This document shows, one piece after another, positions 1 through 12,500 of a stretch of DNA of 64,000 nucleotides. The stretch covers positions 310,001 to 374,000 of the forward strand of contig NW_025766470.1 of assembly GCF_003918875.1 (NCBI RefSeq). Direction: 5' to 3'. Position 1 is the stretch's first letter, and the number at the start of each line of letters is the position of its first letter. Made by a program: the position numbers and the translations under genes. This DNA is from Haliotis rubra (lineage: Eukaryota). The notes under the pieces were generated by a model. The model searched no databases, was not told where the DNA came from, and was given only the letters and a program-made list of their open reading frames with translations.

Positions 1-417
1 GTTCGATTATGAGAAAACATGATCGATTGCTTGGTCGTATAGTCACTACGACCAATCTTCGATTATTTCAATTAATCGGACCACCACTAGTGCATACACC
101 CTCACTATTCTGAACAGATACCTTGTGATGAAAGTTGTGTATACCTTAACCTCACTATATTGGACACATGCCTTGTGAGTTCACTGTTTGAACATTCTAC
201 AGAGAGGGTAGCCTAACTGGTGTGTGTACATTATATATAGAACATCACCTGATAATATGAAACATATAGTGATTTGTAGCACGTCTACATTTTATACAGT
301 CCAACCCATACCCACTGCACTGCTGGCAGGTGAGTCTTACTTCCTGAAACGATACAGGGATATGTTCATCAGCAAAGTATATGCACATAATTATTGTCAT
401 GTAATATATAATATTGG

Positions 418-1012
418 ACCCGTGAAGATCCGGGTTAGAATTAGTCTTCAGCAACCCATTAACGTCCTAAAGGGGACTAATGGGATCGGGTGGTCGACTT
501 GGTTGACACGTCATCGTATCCCAATCGCGTAGGTGAGGTGAGGTGAAATTGGGTTTAACGTCGTGCTTGAGAATATTTCGATCATATGACGACGTGCATG
601 CGTGTATGTGTATGTGCGGCTGCTTGTACTAGCCCAGACTTAAGCTGGTTTTATAGTGCTAGCCCACTGAGATACCATGCCGCAGTGAAGCATGAATACC
701 CCACTCAGACACATTATACTGACTCCGAGCCGACCAGTCCTTGTTGTACCCATTAATGCCGAGCGCCAGGCAGGGACCAACAAGTACCATATTTTAAGGT
801 CTTTTGGTATGACGCAGTCGGGGATCGAACCCGCGACCTTCCGTTCTCCGGGCGGAAGCTCTAACCACTACACCACGGAGGCGGTCCCAATCGCGTAGAT
901 CGATGCTCATGCTGTTGATCACTTGATTGTCTGGTCCAGACACGATTATTTACAGACCGCCGCCATATAGCTGGAATATTGCTGAGTGAGGCGTTAATCA
1001 CCAAACAAACAA
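418..1012 (+). mobile_element. SINE-like family B, interrupted by family C
   Basis: ACCCGTGAAGATCCGGGTTAGAA head; GATCGATGCTCATGCTGTTGATCACT…GCTGGAATATTGCTGAG body shared with many copies in the window. Confidence 0.85.
533..885 (-). mobile_element. tRNA-headed SINE family C (Meta/MESC-like core), full length, nested in a family B repeat
   Basis: A and B boxes (TGGTGTAGTGG, GGTTCGATCCC); core GGCTCGGAGTCAGTATAATGTGTCTGAGTGG; (CACCT)n tail; 13-14 bp TSD (t)cccaatcgcgtag. Confidence 0.9.
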
Positions 1013-1089
1013 AATCATGTCATGTTATCTTGCAAGCGCATCCCTTTGTTACTGTAAATGTCCATAATCACTTCGGTGTTCTCCTCCAG

Positions 1090-1169
1090 GCCAAAAGTTC
1101 CGATATGGCAACACGTTCGGCCACAGCACTGAGAACGCCATGAAACAGCCGCTCACAGCAAGGACATAG
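1090..1169 (+). CDS. Terminal coding exon of an upstream gene, FAM166/CIMIP2-like (…GQKFRYGNTFGHSTENAMKQPLTART*)
   Basis: Pyrimidine tract plus CAG acceptor at 1087-1089; phase-1 exon reading (G)QKFRYGNTFGHST, which resembles the FAM166 GYxGxxPx…F.YG.TFG motif; TAG at 1167-1169; AT-rich 3'UTR follows. Upstream exons not confidently located in the window. Confidence 0.5.
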
Positions 1170-2324
1170 GAAGCTGTTATGTCCCTTTCTTGTTTCGTTC
1201 TGTTTTTCATAACGGTGAATTGTTTTCACAAAACATGTTTCAATCTTCGATCAGGCAATGCAAATTTTACAACAGAAGTAAATCATGCTTTGGTTGTCTA
1301 TTAGTCCAACAAATTACGTACATTGATTTAGGTATTTGAATTTTTTGTTTCTTCCTCTTTTTTAACAATGTCAGGTTTCGCTTCTCCCGAGATACATCTC
1401 AATTGATCATGTCTTCCGATTGCCAGCACATTCCTTCTCTTTACTATAGAGAGGAAGAATAAGCTATATTTTCGCCTTTCGTTATGGTCATCCTGAAGTG
1501 GACCATCAACCTCAGCATTTTACGGGAAATTGAATTTCCGCTTTTTCAGTTAGCAAAAATGTTTTGAACTTTGTCTCTCCACAAGATAAATGACAGTGTA
1601 ATCAATCATGTCTTCCACTATATATAGAGTTCCACATGTCAAGAAATTCAGTTCATCCTTCAATTGCATTTCTGAAGGAAAATTTGATTTTTGTGTTTAT
1701 TTAATAGTTTTTACATCCTTGGTATTTACGTAGGAGAATCTTCAAAACCTAACCTTATGACATAATGGTTGCTTCTGATATTAGGTTCTGTTCAGACTTG
1801 CATTATGTATGAAAAGTTGGTCAGTCGTCTGTGAAACTCCAGATTGTCATCCTTCTCAGCTTCTACATGTCTGTTTTGATTATTTTTGTAAACAGCAGTA
1901 ACCGACGTCAGTACTTTCATGTCTGTATAACAAGGACAGCTTCTGCACATATGTTTGTCAGTACTTTTTGTACAATCAGTAGCTCATGTCAGTAGTTTCA
2001 TGTCTCTCTATTAATTAATTATGCACGGCATATTTTTATCTCTTCAGTTGCTATTTAGATTTTATTTTTTTAAATCTCTTGGATATCAGCAGCCAAGTAT
2101 TGTGTTTGTCCAAATAATGAACTGTAAAAATAATTTATGTTTCACAAGAATACCAAAGAAGCAAGGGTTTCACAGCCACTTGACAAAGATTACACACCTG
2201 ACTGTTTGGTTATTATTGTACCTTTGTAAGATTTTTTCATGATTGTAACAGATGTGATTAACAGCATAAATATGATATAATAACTTTTTTGTTATAAATA
2301 TTGTATTTTGATGTATAAAATGTA

Positions 2325-2330
2325 AATAAA
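2325..2330 (+). terminator. Polyadenylation signal of the upstream (+) gene
   Basis: AATAAA followed about 20 nt later by a GU/U-rich element (gtgttgtgtttttt). Confidence 0.5.
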
Positions 2331-2603
2331 TATAGACATTTTAGCATAGTGTTGTGTTTTTTGTTCCTCTACGAATCAGTCTGGAAATGTAATGTGTAAT
2401 ACCCTGATGATATTCTCACTTGCTGGTATGTTTTTTATCACTGTTTTTGGGGGTATTTTTGACTGTATTTTGGAAGCTTCTGCTGGCAAGTTTATACATA
2501 TTACGAAAACATGTGAGATTTAGTATACTGGCTGTGAGAACGTGATTTTCATTAAAAGAACGTGAGGCCTACTGCACAAACATGAGAGATGTCAAAACTT
2601 TAT

Positions 2604-2725
2604 GCTTGAAAACGGTATAAGAATCTATAGGGAAACGTCGCCATTGTGAAAATAAATAAGTTGTTCATCCATAAAGTTTTGTCGTCTCTATACCACCAAC
2701 TTCTAGAATGCCACTCAAACAAATC
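2604..2725 (+). mobile_element. Penelope-like fragment, same family as 59395-59545
   Basis: CTTGAAAAC-GGTATA…TATAGG-GAAACGTCG…AATAAATAAGTTGTTCATCCATAAAGTTTTGTC. Confidence 0.45.
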
Positions 2726-3484
2726 ACAAACATGAGAGTTGACAGATGATTGATATCAAGTTTCCTAAGACGAATCTGTCGAATGTTCCATCTTTAACAT
2801 TTAAATAGCAATGTGTATAGCACTATGTGGACACTTGTACAATATATGCCCAGCAAGTAAAAACGTGACCAGCTAAGCAGATTATGTCCATGAGAATTGT
2901 CAGCTCTTATCGGAGAGATGTCACACCAGAACAAAATGGGACCAGCTGGCAGATTGTTAGTCCTTCATCTGCCTTTAATAGCAAGCAGGATAGGACAGTT
3001 ATTACCAGTTCCGGCTGACAGCAGGAAGATCACGGACAGACCAGCAGAAAGGCAAGCCTGAGGGATGAACACTGACCAGCCAACTCAGCCATGAGCTGCC
3101 CAAGTGTAAATCTGACCACGAAACCTTCCCCTAATAGTCTGTCAGAAACTGTGTCAACTGTTTTCCTTGCAGTTGAACTGTGAGTAGAAACACCCATTGT
3201 TTGTACCTCTAGGACTCCTGTTGTTTGAAGTGTGACAGAGGTGTTACATGCAATTTAAATGGAATCTGAATAAATGCATCGATGTCATATCCATCTATTC
3301 AATTAATGAGCAATTTTTTTACCAACGCTGGAATCATGTGTTCAAAGTTTAGGTCAAAGGGTTATTGTTATTACAAATGGAAAACATCAAAAAAGATTAC
3401 AATGGTTGGTTAAACACTATGTCATCACATAAGCCGATCAGATCCAATGAGCTACAAAGCAAAGCAAACCAGTTGTTTTCCAGT

Positions 3485-3490
3485 TTTATT
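3485..3490 (-). terminator. ACTR5 polyadenylation signal
   Basis: tttatt on + strand (AATAAA on -) about 40 nt past the stop codon. Confidence 0.55.
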
Positions 3491-3528
3491 ACAAAATGAA
3501 ATGGCAGTGACTGAGTGAGTGTTGAGAG

Positions 3529-6500
3529 TTATGTCTTCTGTACCAGAACAGGGGTCGGGATGAACTTGTTGGAGGCGAAGTGTTCCTTCAGGTAGCCCTC
3601 CCCCATCTCCTCATACTCCTCCCTGGTGATGCTGCAAGATGACAGGAAGGGGGACAATGCCCACTTCCTTGCCCCCAGCCAACTGTCCAGGCTGGGATTG
3701 GCTGAAACAGACAGTGAGTGAGTGAGTGAGTTGAGTTCGCCACTTAACACATTGTTCCAGTTATATCATGGTGGTGAGCTGAATGTGGAAAAAGGTCAAA
3801 GTGATCAAGACATTCACAACTTTCGCCGTCTGTATGATGTCAGGGCTTGAGTTAAATAAGGACTCTTTCCTGCTTTTATGAATCGCTGATTTAAAATAAT
3901 TTCCTTCATATATACACATAAATATTACGAACAGCAGTTGAAGAAAATGGGTGTTTCCATACATTACAGGTTTGACAATACATAAATATATATTACCTGC
4001 TACCGACACATTGAATGTCGACTGAAATGGTCTTATCTGTCGCAGATCCCTCTCCAGACGTTCCTTGAAGCCTGGCAACCAGGCATTACTACCAGTAATA
4101 AACACATTCTGAAACATATTTTGTATTCTGAAATTATGGAATCTTAATAAAACTTATCTAATTTTGTGGCGCAAACATAATGGCTATTATGAGTTATGTC
4201 CCTTCCATGTCAAACCAATTGACCAATCATATTAATGCTTTCATATCACTTTCATTTGCTTCATATAAAATGGTGTATATAGTAGAATATAGTAAACTGT
4301 AACTCAGACAATCTTTCAAGCATGTACTTATTTGAACATGTCAACCTAGACAGAAGTGTGGTGCCAAGAGCCGTCTACAAACATGACAAATACCTGTACA
4401 AGTCTGTTCTGTGAGGCAGCTTCATATTTCTTGAGAACAAAATCGGCAGTTTCAACAATACCAGCCTGCTCAATGCCAATCATGGAGGGTTGGAATAACA
4501 CTTCAGGAGCTCTGAAACAGTAAAAACCATAAACACTACTTTATCAACAACAACATCCTTATAGTGTTTGACTAATGTTTAACACCGGACACAGCAATAT
4601 TCAGACTATATTCAACACCCTGTAAATCATCAAGTCTGGACTCCGAAACCAGTGGTTCATATTGTGAGCAACACCACTGTAGTGAGAGAGTGAGTGAGTT
4701 TAGTTTTATGCCGCACTCAGCAATATTCCAGCTATATGGCAGCGGTCTGTAAATAATCAAGTCTGGACCAGACAATCCAGTGATCAACAGCATGAGCATC
4801 GATCTGCGTAATTGGGAACTGATGACATGTGTCAACCAAGTCAGAGAGCCTGACCACATGATCCATTAAGATGCCCGGTACGGCCAGCATCGGTTGTCGT
4901 CATGATGATCTGTGGTTACTACATGGGTGAGTGAGTGAGTTTAGTTTTAAGCTGCTTTTAGCAATATTCCAGCAATATCGAGGGGGGACACCAGAAATGG
5001 GTTTCACACATTGTACCCATGTGGGGAATAGAACCCAGGTTCTCTGCGCGACAAGTGAACGCTTAACCACTTGGCTACAAACTGGTGCTCATACTACAAG
5101 CCACTGGTTTGTCTAGTCCAGACATTCACTGTGACTGGAGTAAAACAATACAGAACACATATCAATCACAGATATTCCAGTCTGCCTATTTGATGTTTGG
5201 TTATGTATTGTTTGATGCCAGTCACAGTAAATGAACTTGTCTGGCTGACTGACTGACTGACTGACTGAGTTTGGTTTTATGCCGCTTTTAGCAATATTGC
5301 AGCAACATCATGGAGCAGGACACCAGAAATAGGCTTCACACATTGTACCCATGTGGGGATTCGAACCCGGGTCTTCGGCGTGACAAGCCAACGCTTTAAC
5401 CATTAGGTTACCCCACCGCCCCGAACTTGTCTGGACTAGATAGTGAGTGAGTATAGTTTTACACCACTTTTAGCAATATTTCAGCAATATCACGGCGGGG
5501 AACACCAGAAATGGGCTTCACACATTGTACCCATGTAAGAAAATCGAACCCAGGTCTTCAGCGTGACAAGCGAACACTTTAACCACTAGGCTACCCCACT
5601 ACCCTGCAGGGGAAGTGACAATTACACGGTGTAATCAATACAAAGGACCAACCTCACTCTCTCTACAGCTAGATACAGACGATAGTAGTCAGCGATGTCA
5701 AACTCTCCTCCGGGCAACCCTCCAAAGTCCAACTCCCTGGAAACAGATGACCAACTTCAGAAAATACAGACAATTGTATGATTGGTGTGCAGATTTTCTG
5801 ATAAAGTTCTGAGAGCTTTAGTCTCTAGATGTGTTCTCATAAAGCTCTGTCATGATTCACCTCTGGAAGTTATGTTCCCATAAGATACCTCTTAAAGTCA
5901 GGATTGCTTTTTGACGAGACTCACCTCTAAGAAACCGGGGTCATATACTCAAGTGACCTACATCTGGAAGTCACCGGCATATTCTGTCAAGACTCACCTC
6001 TTAAGTAAATCGGGGTTGTATACTCACGTGACCCACATCTGGAAGTCACAGGCGTGTTCTGTCAAGACTCACCTCTAAGTAAATCGGGGTTGTATACGCA
6101 CGTGACCCACATCTGGAAGTCACAGGCATATTCTGTCAAGACTCACCTCTAAGTAAATCGGGGTCGTATACTGATGTGACCCACATCTGGAAGTCACAGG
6201 CGTATTCTGTCAAGACTCACCTCTAAGTAAATCGGGGTTGTATACTCACGTGACCCACCTCTGGAAGTCACAGGCGTATTCTGTCAAGACTCACCTCTAA
6301 GTAAATCGGGGTCGTATACTCATGTGACCCACATCTGGAAGTCACAGGCGTATTCTGTCAAGACTCACCTCTAAGTAAATCGGGGTTGTATCGTACGTGA
6401 CCCACATCTGGAAGTCACAGGCGTATTCTGTCAAGACTCACCTCTAAGTAAATCGGGGTTGTATACTCACATGACCCACATCTGGAAGTCACAGGCGTAT

Positions 6501-9500
6501 TCTGTCAAGACTCACCTCTAAGTAAATTGGGGTCATATACTCACATGACCCACATCTGGAAGTCACAGGCGTATTCTGTCAAGACTCACCTCTAAGTAAA
6601 TCAGAGTCGTATATTGATGTGACCCACATCTGGAAGTCACAGGCATATTCTGTCAAGACTCACCTCTAAGTAAATCGGGGTCGTATACTGATGTGACCCA
6701 CATCTGGAAGTCACAGGCATATTCTGTCAAGACTCACCTCTAAGTAAATCGGGGTCGTATACTGATGTGACCCACATCTGGAAGTCACAGGCGTATTCTG
6801 TCAAGACTCACCTCTGAAAGTCGGGGTCATGCTCCCTTAGCATTGTCTCAAGTTCCTCAAGCTTCTCCTCCTCTGCCTCGGAGTCACTGGTGTTCATCTC
6901 AGTGTTCTACACAAAAGATACATCAGTATGAATCATGCATCAAGGATGTAGAAATACATACACTTACAAAGGCATCAAACAGGAATAACAAATCTTTGTT
7001 TATTGAATACAGGATATGCTCTTGAAACCCCACTGTGACAAATCTGTTGTAGAAATACATACACTTACAAATTGATCTCCAGCTAAAATACCTCCTCTTC
7101 AATTGTTCCTAGAAGACCTCCCCCACTTTCAACTGTTCCCAGAATTACCTCCCAGGAGATTCAGTTCACTTACAATGGACTTGTATACCCCCCACCCCAC
7201 CCCTCCCAATCAGCATCATTCTGGCCAAAAGTGTCTTCCTTCTTTGACGCCTTCACACCTACAAATAAGAACACAAAAATGCATACATTGATGCTCATGC
7301 TGTTGATCACTGGATTGTCTGGTTCGGACTCGATTATTTACAGACTGCCGCCATATAGCTGGAATATTGTTGAGTGTGGCTTGAAACTAAACTCACTCAC
7401 TCACTCTGACAGGTTCAGGTTGGCTTCTAGCAATATTCCAGCTGTAAATAATCGAGTCTGGACCATACTTTTGCCTAATGAGAGATGATCTAATGACATG
7501 ACTTGCAGGCAGAGAAACCACAGGAGCTTAAAGTCCCCAGCTAAAAACAAACAAAATATGCACTTCCAATCTGCTGGATCACTTTCAAGGTGTGAACACA
7601 CATGCTTTGTGCTGTTCCACTAATTCTCCAAATTAGCAAGGTTATTACCAGTCAACGACCTTACCATCAACTAATCATGGTAAATGGTAGAAAATGTCCA
7701 GCAAATATATTCATGCTCTTCCTCGTCCCCACAGATGGTTGCTTCAGTAATGAAAAAGGCACAAACTAACTCATGAAAGATCTTTTACAGTGACCTTGAC
7801 CTCAAATAAGCTCAGTCAAAACTGAACACTTCAATTCATATCTGTAAGATGCTGTGACCAAGTTTCATCCAGCTTCACACATCTCCCATTTTGAAAAACA
7901 TGATATGTTTTGTGTCTGACAGTGAATGAGTGAGTGAATAAGTTGGGTTTTACACCGCTTTTAGCAATATTCCAGCAATATCACGGCGGGGGACACCAGA
8001 ATTTGGCTTCACACATTGTACCCATGTTGGGAATCGAACCCGAGTCATCAGCGTGACGAGTGAACGCTTTAACCACAAGGCTACCCACAGCCCCTTGTGT
8101 CTGAGAAATACAACCCTTCTTGTTCTAATACTGACTCTGTGCGAGCTGGGAGATTATCTTCATTCGCTGCTGGGATGCGTACGTCCCTCGCTTGGCCATG
8201 TCTGTCTTCCTTTGTCTTCGGGATGTCCTCGCTTCTAGAATTTTCTACAACAGTAGTACAACACATGATAGAGGAGAACACTAGGGATGTCAAGTTCTGT
8301 AATATGATGAACATATCTTGACTCCTTGATCTGGTGATGGAGTGAGAATATACTCCAAAAGGTCATGTTCTGCATATTCTGTTGCATTCTTCACACTTCA
8401 GAAGCTGACAACCATAAATCATCTCCCTTATATGTATTACTTCTAAATGCCATTCAAAGACTTTCACGTAAGGTAACTTGAAGATAGGACTTTCACAAAC
8501 TCTGTACACAGTACATTATTATCAAAAATAAAACTGGGATAGCAACAAAAGGCACAGGTCCTCAAATTTTGATGGGGGGTGGGGGGGAATTATTCATTTT
8601 CATTCATCAAAACAGGAGGGTTCATAAATATGAGGGCATCAATGATGCATAAATAAAGCCCTATACGTGTGTGGGACACTCTGCAGAATACTTACCTTTG
8701 AAACACAGATTGTGACTGGACATTTTGGTCATAAACATGATAAACAGATTGTAACTCTGCTGGGATGATTTAACAGATTCCTTTCACTTACTGATACTTA
8801 TTGCTGAAGCATGTATGTAATAAAATCAATTAATGAATAAAATACTATTTCATATGGAAATTATCTTCTTGCATGACATGTCAAGGTGAGAAGAATATTG
8901 CGACAAAGTGCGACATCTAAGTAATCAGCCCATGAATGGACGGGTCATCTGGCACCACATTCCACTGTGCTGAGTAGTCTCCCTTTGGAGGGCCAGAAAC
9001 ATATACTCATGAGTTCATATCCAAGATTTGCTTATATTTCTCCGTTTGTCAGCAATACGCTATACAACGTGAAATATCGGAAATACTGTAAAACCAGTGT
9101 AAAACCAATCTTGATGATGGTTTTACCCAGAGGTGAGTATTATTCAACCATCAGGCCAATAATCACTGGAGATGAGCTGGTGACTCTCAGTCATTGACAC
9201 AGAGTAGGATTTTACTGTATTAAATCTTGCACCTCCAAGACCAAATTAAATTCCAAGATATTTTATGATGACATTACCTGTCTCTTTTTCCTGACTTCTG
9301 ACAACCATCCCTGAAAGTCATTCTGACGCTTTACTTCCAGACGACGCTCTTCTTCCATCTCCTGCAAAGTTCATATATCATCATTAAAAAAACTACACTA
9401 CACAACTCCTTTGTTCTTAATTTTAGCTTGTTGGTCCCTGCCTGGCGCTTGGCATTAATGGGTAAAACAAGGACTGGTCGGCTCGGAGTCAGTATAATGT

Positions 9501-12500
9501 GTCTGAGTGGGGTATTCATGGCTTCACTGCTGCATGGTATCTCAGTGGGCTAGCACTATAAAACCAGCTTCAGTCTGGGCTAGTACAAGCAGCCGCACAT
9601 ACACATCCACACGCATGCACGTCTTCCTATGAGCGAAATATTCTCAAGCACGACGATAAACCCAATTTCACCTCACCTCACCTTAATTTTAGTACCTTAG
9701 TATTAATCTCTTTCTAAAAACATGGTAAATATTCCATGTAAGCTATTTGTACACACAAAGCAATGCGTTACACGGACACCACCAGGTCAGACATTGTGAC
9801 CACCAAATCCTCATTAATGTCATGTGTTACAGCAGCATCAGCTCCTGGATACCAGTTCTGACTCAAATTCCACATCTTCCCCAAAGATCCAATATGGCAG
9901 ACAGGACATGCTAGGATAGCCATATAGTGTTTGTTTTCATGCCCAAGATCCAGGTTTGAGTCACTTTAGGGGAACAAGTTATGAAGCAAATACCTTGTCA
10001 CCTCAACAATGATATTCCTGGAATGACGCTGAAGGCAGCATAAAACCTCACTGGTTGGCAACTATCAATTATAGTCTCATATTCTTGGAATGGTGATAAA
10101 AGCAGCATAAAAGCTCATTCTCTTCTCAGGTGAGCAAGCATCAACTTGCACAGCTCACTCTTTGAATCAAGGCGTAAGACTTACCTTCTGGCGTTTGGCT
10201 CTCTGCAGTGCCTGAGCTTTGAGACGTCCCTCCCGTGCACTCTTAAGGATCCGTTGTCGCTTCTTGGCAGCCTGTTGTTCTGGGCCGAGCATCTCATCCG
10301 GGATGTCCAACAGGTCAAACACCGGCTCCTTGACCTGCCAAAGACTTCTGTGTCATCACCTTCCTCACACAGTTTGACAAACCTGCCTTTGGGTTCATTC
10401 TATAACACAGTTTCTGTTAACCTCTAACCTGCTGGGGGGGCGGTGGGGTAGCCTAGTGGTTAAGGCGTTCGCTCGTCACACCGAAGACCCGGGTTCGATT
10501 CCCCACATGGGCACAATGTGTTAAGCCCATTTCTGGTGTCCCCCGCCGTGATATTGCTGGAATATTGCTAAAAGCGGCGTAAAACTAAACTCAGTCAGTC
10601 TAACCTGCTGGATTCATACTTTTTTAACTTTTCCATTTTAGGTACATAAACTATTTAAAGTATTATATATTTGAAAAGCTGAACATTCATGCATACCCTA
10701 AATAATTCAAATGATGTGTCCTTGCTAAATAGTTGTTGCAAGTTATATTTGGGGTTGTCATTATGCTACTCTTATGTCGAATGGGTTCTGCACCAGCATC
10801 GAGAGCAGTAAATAATGGGAGGGCCCTTTTTGGTCCAGATTGGTTTAACTGAAGCTTGTAATGGGGAATGCTTCGAAACATAAGGCCTTCAATGCATATT
10901 TTCCACTTTCGCAGCCTTTAGAAAACAAAATCTAAATTCAAGGACTTAGCATGACAGATTTCAGATATCTACAACAAACAAAGAGTACTGGTGACTTAGT
11001 CAACAACCATGGGTTTCTGGGTGTTGAACACCTCACCAGCAGTATTTCAGCTAAATGAAGGAAGCGTGTAATTAATACGGTCATACTTGACATAATCATA
11101 CAAAATCACCAAGTTTAACCACTCGAGCCAATAAGTAACCACCACACATGTTTGATGGGGACCAATTCTAACATAGCAGGGTCGGTGGGGTAGCCTAGTG
11201 GTTAAAGCGTTTGCTTGTCACACTGAAGATCCGGGTTCGATTCCCCACATGGGTACAATGTGTGAAGCCCATTTCTGGTGTTCCCTGCCGTGATATTGCT
11301 GGAATATTGCTAAAAGCGGCGTAAAACCAAACTCACTCACTTTAACATAGCAACAACCATGACAACAAGCAGCAGGTGACCTGATTACAAACCTCTTGAG
11401 GCTCTTCAGGAGGGAGTTCGACGCCCAGTATTTTAGCTTTGGCTCTCTGTATACTGACGGTCAGTTTGTTGACAGTGTCCTGTAGCTCTTCAGCAGTCTT
11501 GAAGCCAACGTTGTACAGTGCTTTCTGTACAGAGAATAAAGGCATTAAGTCTGCAATAATTCAAGAGAGCATCAGAATTTGTATATGTGATACAAATATT
11601 GTACACAATGAAACTGAGCATCAAACTGCCCAATTGTGATACGATTTCTATAGTTTTCAAGCCTTGTGTAGTTATAATGATGTAATGCAATATTTTTGTT
11701 TCACAGTTCCTGGATAATGTAAATATTGTCTCTTAGCAAAAGTTCTATTGCACTGAATTCATAGTAAAATTTTAATTTATTACTTCAAAAGTTTTCTGAT
11801 AAATCATGTCATGACAGTCCTAATTTAAAACAGCAGGTGGACATACTGCCCCACTGACCGTAAACGTGTCCTCATCTCCATCAACCAGCAGTTCCTGGAC
11901 ACTCATCAGCTGACGCAGTCTCTCTTCCTCCGTCTCCAGCTGGGGAGGAGAAAGTAACAGCCTGGTTAACCCTACTTAAACAGAGAGTTTGAGGCGGGGA
12001 GGGGGACAGTATGATCAACTCTCACAAACGTGAATACAGTTTTGATCCTCATAGTATCATCTTGATGTTCTGTTATGAAATATACCCCGGTACCATTTGC
12101 CACCATACTTTTGTTTTTCATCATCTCCATCCCTCAATAGTCGGGTGTGATTTATTATTATTATTATATGGATATTATTTTTTATATAGTCCATCCCATG
12201 TGCATGCTCAAAGTGTTTTTGCTTTTTCCCTCGATCATTGGATGTCGATCTCAACGGCACATCATATTTTCAATTTCAACTCCCTGGGGAGCATACAACT
12301 CGTGCAGCCACTAGGCGCACCAAGTTAATGTGGCTTAATAGTCAAACACTGCTGAGGCAAACTGTTGTCTCCATGGAAAAGCTTGGTCCCTACATATTCC
12401 TTCTTTAATCAACTTCTTACTTTTGTGTTGAACCTCGGGTAAGTTAAAGTAGTTACGTTGGTCATGGTAGTGAATTTGGATTCAGCAGTCAAAATATGCT

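Noticed and set aside
4572-4859. Recurrent peptide [19 protein letters not shown]…
   Set aside because: Translation of the SINE family B body.
5855-6830. CRISPR-like array
   Set aside because: Eukaryotic intron; units are near-identical along their whole length, with no unique spacers and no cas genes.
10435-10510. tRNA-Asp-like gene (GTC loop, A and B boxes)
   Set aside because: Head of a high-copy SINE; no proper acceptor stem or poly-T terminator, and it continues into the SINE body with a TSD.
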